The position numbers and the translations under genes were made by a program. From contig CANKZR010000004.1 of assembly GCA_947488625.1 (NCBI GenBank), positions 35,142 through 99,141 on the forward strand: 64,000 nt of DNA. The letters are read 5' to 3'. Shown in pieces: positions 45,755 through 52,452 of this stretch; positions within the stretch are counted from its first letter, which is position 1, and each line of letters starts with the position of its first letter. The stretch comes from an uncultured Sphingomonadaceae bacterium. Its GTDB lineage: Bacteria; Pseudomonadota; Alphaproteobacteria; Sphingomonadales; Sphingomonadaceae. The notes beneath the pieces were generated by a model. That model was not told where the DNA came from, did no database searches, and saw only the letters and a program-made list of their open reading frames with translations.

Positions 45755-46377
45755 GACACCACCTCCGATGCCGCCTCGGCGACCCGGTAGACACCTTTTC
45801 GATAGATACCGCCGCGAGCGAGATCGTCCGGCGTGTCGCAATCTATATCGATCTGCAGTGCGACAAGGTCCTCACCGTCAATCCTGCAGCCGCCGCCAAG
45901 TGTGCGACATTGCCAGCCGAAGCTTTCGATTTGGCGGAACCAAACTCTATTGGCCACAGCGGTGTAGCCCGACAGTCCGGTCTTTAGGGCATGCTCGGCA
46001 AGCGCGGTCACAAGTTGGTCGCGTGCCGTGCGGCGCTCAAACCGCGAGAGCGTGGGTTCGATGCAGAAACGCGTGATCTCGCGAAAATCGGACCGAGAGG
46101 GTATCGGACCATCACACAGACAAGGGAATAGCTCCCCGAGAATGTGAGCGCCGTCAGTCCGCAAAAGGCGCGCTGAAGCGCGATGACGGCCTTCTCCGTC
46201 GGTCAGCACCAAATAGCTCGCATCGGGCGTATCGAACTGGTCGATCTCGTATGCATCATCCAAAACGGGAACATCCCATTTGAGAAGATCGACGAATACC
46301 CGCTTGCGCGCCTCGAACATTACGCGAAGTGCTGGATCCGAAGGGCAAGCTTGGAGAGAAACTGGGGAGTGTTGCAT
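45751..46377 (-). CDS. luxI: Acyl-homoserine lactone synthase (LuxI family)
   Basis: RKRVFVDLLKW, EIDQFD, ARLL and EITRFC conserved LuxI residues; start 46377 (AGGT RBS) or 46416. Confidence 0.93.
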   Translation of the reverse strand: MQHSPVSLQACPSDPALRVMFEARKRVFVDLLKWDVPVLDDAYEIDQFDTPDASYLVLTDGEGRHRASARLLRTDGAHILGELFPCLCDGPIPSRSDFREITRFCIEPTLSRFERRTARDQLVTALAEHALKTGLSGYTAVANRVWFRQIESFGWQCRTLGGGCRIDGEDLVALQIDIDCDTPDDLARGGIYRKGVYRVAEAASEVVS

Positions 46378-46578
46378 GGCGGCTACCTGGCGATTTGAAG
46401 ACAGGTCGCCATTCACCAGATCGGGGCGATCGCAGACATACCAAGAACTGGGGATGCTGCGACTTTGGGGTGCTCATAATCGTGTCATCGGACGCAGTCG
46501 CACCGGCGAGCTCGCTCTGTTCTGTTCCTCTCTTCAAATCTTAATCAGCCAATTTACGGGCCTTGGCGACGTGAAACC

Positions 46579-47004
46579 TCAATTGGGCACAACGACCTTA
46601 TGCCCGTAAAGCGCGTCGATGATGGGGCACTCGGGAACGTCGCCGCCGTCGCACTGAGCCGAGACATCGGCAAGCGTTCGCTCGAGCTTCTTCAGGTCAA
46701 TAATTTTCTGCCGAACGCTCGCTAGATGGCCGTCAGTCAACTCTAAAACCTCACCACAGCTGTAGTCGTGAGAATCGACGAGAGTGAGCAGACTCATGAG
46801 CTCTCCGATCGAGAAGCCGAGATCACGGCCACGCAGGATGAAACCAAGCCGCGCTTGGTCATCGCGCGAATAGAGCCTGTGCCCGCTGGCCGTGCGCTCG
46901 GGCGGCTTCAGCAGACCGATCTTTTCATAATAGCGAATGGTCTCAAGGTTGCAGCCTGACCGATTGGCCAGTTCGCCTCGCTTGATCATTTTTGATGTCG
47001 TCAT
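46579..47004 (-). CDS. merR: MerR-family Hg(II)-type regulator
   Basis: ETIRYYEKIGLL HTH; three cysteines at positions equivalent to MerR C82/C117/C126 (YSCG, AQCD, PECP); start may be 46989. Confidence 0.88.
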   Translation of the reverse strand: MTTSKMIKRGELANRSGCNLETIRYYEKIGLLKPPERTASGHRLYSRDDQARLGFILRGRDLGFSIGELMSLLTLVDSHDYSCGEVLELTDGHLASVRQKIIDLKKLERTLADVSAQCDGGDVPECPIIDALYGHKVVVPN

Positions 47005-47025
47005 ATGCCGCGTGCCAATTTGTGC

Positions 47026-47056
47026 TTGAACCTGTAGTGACTACAGAGATTATATT
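47026..47056 (+). promoter_or_regulatory. MerR-type promoter/operator with 19-bp spacer
   Basis: -35 TTGAAC (47026-31), 19 bp containing the palindrome CTGTAG-TGA-CTACAG, -10 TATATT (47051-56). Confidence 0.88.
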
Positions 47057-47063
47057 GAACTCC

Positions 47064-47426
47064 ATGGCCGATCAAACGCAAAAGACCTCCCAGAGATTGT
47101 TGGCGAGCGGTGGCGCATTAAGTGCGGTTTTTGCAGCCTCCTGCTGCATTGCTCCGCTGCTCCTGTTGAGCCTCGGCGTCAGTGGCGCGTGGATCGGCAA
47201 TCTGACCGCGCTCGAACCCTATAAGTGGATCTTTATTGCCGTAGCGGTCGCTTGTCTGGGCCTTGGATTTTGGCATGTTCATTCCCGAAAAGTCGAGACT
47301 TGTGAGGACAGTACATATTGCGCGCGTGCTGAAGCGGGCCCGATCCTAAAAAGCGCCCTGTGGCTGGCAACCGCCTTGGTTGCTGCCTCGGCCACGGTCG
47401 ATTGGTGGGCGCCGCATTTTTATTAG
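47064..47426 (+). CDS. merT: MerT-like mercury transporter
   Basis: ASCCIAP TM cysteine pair, ALEPYKW, second Cys pair CEDSTYC; ATG about 8 nt after the -10 suggests a leaderless mRNA. Confidence 0.88.
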   Translation: MADQTQKTSQRLLASGGALSAVFAASCCIAPLLLLSLGVSGAWIGNLTALEPYKWIFIAVAVACLGLGFWHVHSRKVETCEDSTYCARAEAGPILKSALWLATALVAASATVDWWAPHFY

Positions 47427-47437
47427 GAGTTAGACGG

Positions 47438-47785
47438 ATGAAAAAAACAATGATTGCCGTTGCTGCCGGATTGGCCATCGCCGGAGCAGGCATTGGGGCA
47501 GCGACGCTCATGCCGCAGTCCTCGAACGAGAAAACCGCTCAAAGTGCTGAAACGCTGCAAACGGCAAGCTTCGCGGTTGAAAATATGACCTGCGCGACCT
47601 GTCCGATCACGGTGCGGCGCGCAATGGAAGGCGTTGCAGGTGTGCATGATGTGACAATCGATTACGAAGCCAAGACTGCTACAGCGCATTTCGATCCTGC
47701 CAAAACCACCATGCGCGACATCGCCACTGCTTCGACCGAGGCAGGCTATCCTGCCCAAACACAATTTAGCGGGACCGACCTCTGA
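47438..47785 (+). CDS. merP: MerP-like periplasmic heavy-metal-binding protein
   Basis: Signal sequence; HMA motif NMTCATCP; C-terminal AGYP. Confidence 0.85.
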   Translation: MKKTMIAVAAGLAIAGAGIGAATLMPQSSNEKTAQSAETLQTASFAVENMTCATCPITVRRAMEGVAGVHDVTIDYEAKTATAHFDPAKTTMRDIATASTEAGYPAQTQFSGTDL

Positions 47786-48003
47786 TGCAATTACAATCCA
47801 CGCTCACGTGCCCTCAGTGCGGACACCAGGAAATCGAAACCATGCCGACCGACGCATGCTGGTTTTTCTACGACTGCAAGGGCTGCGGAATGAAGCTGAA
47901 ACCCAATGCAGGCGACTGCTGTGTCTTCTGTTCGTTCGGCACAGTGCCTTGCCCGCCAATTCAAGAAGCGCGTGCCAATGGCACAAGCGTTGAATGCTGC
48001 TGA
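47785..48003 (+). CDS. Small Cys-rich GDCCVxC-domain protein
   Basis: CPQC, CWFFYDCKGC, GDCCVFCSFGTVPCPP and terminal CC; translationally coupled to merP. Confidence 0.85.
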   Translation: MQLQSTLTCPQCGHQEIETMPTDACWFFYDCKGCGMKLKPNAGDCCVFCSFGTVPCPPIQEARANGTSVECC

Positions 48004-48013
48004 GGTCAATGAC

Positions 48014-49372
48014 ATGAACGAACGCAGCTTCGATCTTATCGTACTCGGCGTCGGAATGGCGGCGGTGAATGCCGCGAACAAATGCGCCGCTGCGGGTTGG
48101 TCGGTCGCAGTGGTTGACGAACTTCCCTATGGCGGCACCTGCGCGCTGCGCGGCTGCGACCCCAAAAAGATGCTGCGGCGAGGCGCCGAAATCATCGATG
48201 GAGCTCGGCTGATGCAGGGCAAGGGTATTGAACCGAATGATATCGCGATCAACTGGGCTGATCTCATCGCCTTCGCTCAGAGCTTTACCGACAGAATGCC
48301 CGAGAAGATCGAGGGCGGTCTCGACAGTAACGGCGTCACCACGCTTCACGGGACGGCGCAATTTGCTGGCGAAGACACGATCGAAATCGAGGGCCAAGGG
48401 CGGTTTCAAGCCAACAATATCCTGATCGCGACTGGCGCCAAGCCCCGCCCTGTGGATATTCCAGGTGCCGAACACCTCACCAACAGCACCGAATTCATGC
48501 GGATGGACGCCCTCCCGAAGCGTATATTGTTTATCGGCGGCGGGTTCGTCTCGTTCGAGTTCGGTCATATCGCTGCACGAGCTGGCAGCGAGGTGCAGAT
48601 CATTAATCGCGGTGACAGGCCATTGAAGGCCTTTGACACAAACCTCGTCGAAAAGCTTTTACCACGAGGTGAGGAAATTGGGGTGGGATTGCGTCGGCGC
48701 ACATCGCTGAAATCTATCGCCACTGACGGCGTCGAATTCATCGTCACTGTCGAAAAGAATGGTGAAACCGAAGACTTGCACGCCGATCTGGTCGTGCACG
48801 GTGCGGGACGCGTGCCTGAAATCGATCGCCTGAACCTGAGCGCTGCCAATATCGAGGCGGGAGACAAGGGAATAGCAGTCAATGAATATTTGCAGAGCCT
48901 GTCCAACCCGAAAATCTACGCCGCAGGCGATGCGGCCAACACGCACGGGCCTCCGTTGACACCTGTCGCAGTATTCGAAGGCAAGGTCGCTGCCTCCAAC
49001 ATGCTCAAGGGCAATCAGACCAAGCCAGACTATCGCGGCGTGCCCAGCGCTGTGTTTACAATTCCGGAATTAACCCGCGTCGGAATGCTCGAAGAAGAAG
49101 CAGAGGAAGCCGGTCACAATATCCGCGTCGCGGAAAACGACACAGGCAATTGGTATTCCAATCTTCGCGTTGGCGAGACCTGTGCTGCCACCAGAATTAT
49201 CATCGATAAAGACACCGACACTATCCTCGGCGCGCATCTGTTTGGACCCGAATACGGGGAGATTATCAATTTCTTCGGCCTTGCAATGAGGCTGTCACTG
49301 ACAACTCGAGATCTGAAGAAATTGGTCGCGGCCTACCCCTCGGTTGGCTCGGATTTAGGGTCCATGCTGTAA
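48014..49372 (+). CDS. Class I pyridine nucleotide-disulfide oxidoreductase, not a canonical MerA
   Basis: Redox motif GGTCALRGCDPKK and GGGFVSFE; no NmerA domain and no C-terminal vicinal Cys pair (ends YPSVGSDLGSML). Confidence 0.85.
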   Translation: MNERSFDLIVLGVGMAAVNAANKCAAAGWSVAVVDELPYGGTCALRGCDPKKMLRRGAEIIDGARLMQGKGIEPNDIAINWADLIAFAQSFTDRMPEKIEGGLDSNGVTTLHGTAQFAGEDTIEIEGQGRFQANNILIATGAKPRPVDIPGAEHLTNSTEFMRMDALPKRILFIGGGFVSFEFGHIAARAGSEVQIINRGDRPLKAFDTNLVEKLLPRGEEIGVGLRRRTSLKSIATDGVEFIVTVEKNGETEDLHADLVVHGAGRVPEIDRLNLSAANIEAGDKGIAVNEYLQSLSNPKIYAAGDAANTHGPPLTPVAVFEGKVAASNMLKGNQTKPDYRGVPSAVFTIPELTRVGMLEEEAEEAGHNIRVAENDTGNWYSNLRVGETCAATRIIIDKDTDTILGAHLFGPEYGEIINFFGLAMRLSLTTRDLKKLVAAYPSVGSDLGSML

Positions 49373-49526
49373 TCTGCTCGATACCAGCTGTTGATCGTCG
49401 GCTTCTGGTGAAGACGTTAGCTGCTTGCATGGTTTGGGGCGTAGAATATTCACTTTCCATCGAGCTTGATGGTCAGCAATTGACGGCCTCCGAGAGGTTC
49501 CGGCCTTAGAGCTTCTGTTTCGCCAA

Positions 49527-50279
49527 TCATCCCGCATCGCGCCATCGGATGATATCGGAAAACCCGATCAGACCATCGAACAGCGCCGAAACGATCAAAG
49601 ATTGCTTACAGTGAACCTGATAGCGTTCTCGCGCCATTTTGAGATGCTGGATTACTGTTTCGGTCGCAATCCCAAGGATCATGGCCGTCTCGGCTGAGGT
49701 CTTGCCTCGTGCGACCCACAGAAGACATTCGCGCTGCCGGTCGCTCAGGACAGGCACGGATTCGTCGGATTGAGCTGAGCCCAGTCCCAGTGCACAGCTC
49801 AGTGCGAGCGTACCGACCATTTCTGCGACCGCAAAGCGACTGTGTGGCAGGTCTCGGTCGGGGCAGACCGCAAATGTACACGTTCCGCGCGCAAGACCGG
49901 GCAAATGTCGCGGGACAGTGTAGCCATCACCGATTCCGCATTCGCGCCCCACCGCCAGCATCTGGCGATCACCGCGAGTTAGCGGGATCAGTTCGCCCAG
50001 TGAGCCCCACGCAAAGCCGACAAACGACTTGTCGCAGGCTCGCCGGACCGGATCCTGTCCGGCCAGATCGAACCCGACATACACCTTGGCCCATTCGTCG
50101 GGATAATCATGCAGGAGCAAACCGGGAGCCTCGCACGATCCTGAACGCAGCTCGAGGCTCAAGGCGAAGTGGTCGAAGCCAAGCCGCCGACAGACTTGCT
50201 TCAGCGCCTGGTCGAGTTCCTCGTCTGACTGGACATTGACCAGTTCGGATGCGAATTCCTCCGCGAAATAAGCCTGCAT
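49527..50279 (-). CDS. luxR: AHL-binding LuxR-family regulator
   Basis: YPDEW..Y...DPV, FAW and G autoinducer-binding residues; HTH LSDRQRECLLWVARGKTS. Confidence 0.93.
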   Translation of the reverse strand: MQAYFAEEFASELVNVQSDEELDQALKQVCRRLGFDHFALSLELRSGSCEAPGLLLHDYPDEWAKVYVGFDLAGQDPVRRACDKSFVGFAWGSLGELIPLTRGDRQMLAVGRECGIGDGYTVPRHLPGLARGTCTFAVCPDRDLPHSRFAVAEMVGTLALSCALGLGSAQSDESVPVLSDRQRECLLWVARGKTSAETAMILGIATETVIQHLKMARERYQVHCKQSLIVSALFDGLIGFSDIIRWRDAG

Positions 50280-50559
50280 AGCCCTGCCCGTCCGATCGGC
50301 AGGGCGCTATCCAACACGCCGCCGTCCGATCGCCTGCTGGTGGCCAGTCCCGGCGCTTCCATTGCACCGGTTCCGGCTGCTGCAGTTGCGCCCCCGAAGG
50401 TCGGGTTCCTTGCGGCGTCGGTCGCGAGATGCAGATCGCGCCACAAGGAGAGGCATAACGACTTCAGCGAATTTGGGATGACTTTGCAAGGACGTAGGCC
50501 TGATATTCGTCTGGCCTGTGACTGGTAGGCCAGCCGGGCGAATACGATTTCGACGCCAG

Positions 50560-51174
50560 TTAATTCGCACAACGCTTGCCCCGTGAGGGATTGAGCAATT
50601 CACGATAACCCTCAGCCGCCATGCGATGCGCTTCGGCGACGAGGCGCTGTGTCTGCCGGCGATGCGATGATGTTTTCCAGTCGATCGCGCGGCCCGCTTT
50701 GAGGCCTGGATAGATCAGTGCCTTGGCGAGCTCTTGCAATGTCACCTGCTTGGGTGAAGCGTCTTCGAGCAGATCGAGAATGGCAAGCAGGATGCTCAGC
50801 CTGTAGCGTTTGTAAGCAGATGGCTTGAGGAGCCGATGGTGCGCCTTTGTCGCCGCGCCCTCTTTCGACCGGTGGAATTCACTGAGAGCTGCTACGCGGA
50901 CACCAAGATCGGCATCGTCGGGGACGACATAGCCATCAATGCCGGGAGATGGCTCGCGCGCCAACAGGACGCGGTGACGATTTCGCGTATCGGAAACCAC
51001 CATGTGCTGTCCGGCATCGTTCTCGTGCTGGGCAATCACCTTGCACTCAGCCAATGTGCCTCTGATTCCGGCAAGGTCCCGGGCGCCGCCAGCCACGATA
51101 ACGACGCTTGCGTTCGCATCGCTTCTCCAGATCGCCGGGCTGTCTGTGGCCGAAACACTCGGATCGAACGGGAA
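50560..51174 (-). CDS. fseA: DUF2285 (RovC/FseA-type) DNA-binding domain, +1 frame of an FseA-like fusion
   Basis: AILD...LQELAKALIYP...WKTSSHRRQTQRL.AEAHRM..EGYRELL; frame is open up to the slippery site and has no RBS-linked ATG of its own. Confidence 0.75.
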   Translation of the reverse strand, partial: FPFDPSVSATDSPAIWRSDANASVVIVAGGARDLAGIRGTLAECKVIAQHENDAGQHMVVSDTRNRHRVLLAREPSPGIDGYVVPDDADLGVRVAALSEFHRSKEGAATKAHHRLLKPSAYKRYRLSILLAILDLLEDASPKQVTLQELAKALIYPGLKAGRAIDWKTSSHRRQTQRLVAEAHRMAAEGYRELLNPSRGKRCAN

Positions 51175-51355
51175 ATTCTAGGCCCCATGACCGAGCTATT
51201 CGCCGCGCGGCGGATGGTTTCTTGTCGCCGGTATCGCGCGAATGAAGTCTGGCATATTGATCCTTGTACGCCGGATTGCGTCGCAGGAATTCCTGCGCGA
51301 AGTCCGAAAAATCGAAGTCGCCTGTACCAGTATCGTCGGCAGATGATTGAGCCAT
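51047..51355 (-). CDS. DUF6499 domain (Msi172-like), zero frame of an FseA-like fusion
   Basis: Strong RBS AAGGAGG; FAQEFLRRNPAY..QY motif followed by SWGLEFP. Confidence 0.75.
   Translation of the reverse strand: MAQSSADDTGTGDFDFSDFAQEFLRRNPAYKDQYARLHSRDTGDKKPSAARRIARSWGLEFPVRSECFGHRQPGDLEKRCERKRRYRGWRRPGPCRNQRHIG
51170..51190 (-). other. Putative +1 programmed ribosomal frameshift site
   Basis: TCA.TGG.GGC.CTA.GAA.TTT.CCC matches TGG.GGV.NTN.NNN.TTT.CSY; UUU-to-UUC slippage lands in the DUF2285 frame. Confidence 0.8.
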
Positions 51356-51747
51356 AGAGCACCTCCTTTCGGCTCGGATGGCTAGCGCCGCGGGATAACA
51401 GCGGACATTCCAAGCATGTGGAGGGGCCCTCCCCAGTACTAGGCATGTGAGTGCCCTATATCGGCGCGACCGCAACGCCGGGCGGGTATCATGATGCCTC
51501 GAAAATGGAGACACTTGCCCCTTGCAAGCTGCTTTTGTCTTGGGCACATTCGACCCGCGCGGTTTGAAACTCTGGCGCCGACCGCGTGGATATTTCCGCC
51601 AGCCATCATGCACGCCGGTCCGCTCAAGGCCCGGCGGCCCAACCGGTCAAGGGACGTCGATACCTCCTGAACGGCGGCACAGTACTGGATCCCGCACTCG
51701 GCTTGCGATGAGGAGCCGCCGATTGCGGTTGCCTCCCAGTCCATTGC

Positions 51748-52329
51748 ATGAACCAGCTTTCTGCCGACACCCGGCGAGACGATCATCAACTATCGAGCTC
51801 CGCGCTGCGAACCCCGGCACCGCAAGCTCGGGTAAGCTCGCCCTGCCCGCTCGACGCCCTGTACCGCCGAGAGAGCGCATGCCTGCTTGCCTATTTTTCG
51901 CGCTGCGTCGGTCGTGAGCGAGCCCGCGATCTGGTTCAGGACGTTTTCGTGCGCGCTGCGACCAGCCCGCAACTGACAGATCTCCGGAACCCGGCAGGAT
52001 TTCTATTCCGGATCGCTCGCAACCTGCTGGTCGATGAAGCCCGCAGACAGAAATGCCGCATCAGGACGGTGCCACTGGTCGAAAACACCGATGCGCCGTG
52101 CTGCGCCGAGCAGGAGGACAGAATTGAGGTGGAAGAGACGACCGGGCGCTTCGAGACCGCGTTGGCGCAGTTGCCCGAGAAAACGGCGGGCATCTTCAGG
52201 ATGAACCGCTTCGAGAAAAAATCCTACCGTCAGATCCACCAAGAGTTGGGCATCGCGCTGCCGACAGTCGATTATCACATGATGAAAGCGCTCGCGCATC
52301 TTCGCACGGTTTTCGCTGATCGCGCCTGA
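51748..52329 (+). CDS. FecI-like ECF sigma factor
   Basis: Region 2 DLVQDVFVR...FLFRIARNLLVD; region 4 LPEK...F.M.R...SY..I...LGI...TV.YH. Confidence 0.85.
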   Translation: MNQLSADTRRDDHQLSSSALRTPAPQARVSSPCPLDALYRRESACLLAYFSRCVGRERARDLVQDVFVRAATSPQLTDLRNPAGFLFRIARNLLVDEARRQKCRIRTVPLVENTDAPCCAEQEDRIEVEETTGRFETALAQLPEKTAGIFRMNRFEKKSYRQIHQELGIALPTVDYHMMKALAHLRTVFADRA

Positions 52330-52452
52330 TTGAGCGCGACAGATTTAACGCACAAAGATCAGGCTTTGCAAATTTAATTTCATTTGAAACTAAGGTGCTC
52401 GTGAATGCCTGCGTCATTCCCTGTGGCGACATAATCGCAACAGATCAGGGAG

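Noticed and set aside
48014-49372. Calling the flavoprotein merA
   Set aside because: It lacks the C-terminal Cys-Cys and the NmerA domain, and its active-site motif differs from MerA's CVNVGC.
46520-49519. TTCTGTT direct repeat (46520-46526 and 49513-49519) flanking the mer-like cassette as a target-site duplication
   Set aside because: A 7-bp match between two ~150-bp intergenic regions is expected by chance, and there are no terminal inverted repeats or transposase. Only an empty-site comparison could support it.
50560-51355. Treating the DUF6499/DUF2285 split as a pseudogene
   Set aside because: The break falls exactly on the conserved WG-x-x-F slippery motif, and both halves look intact.
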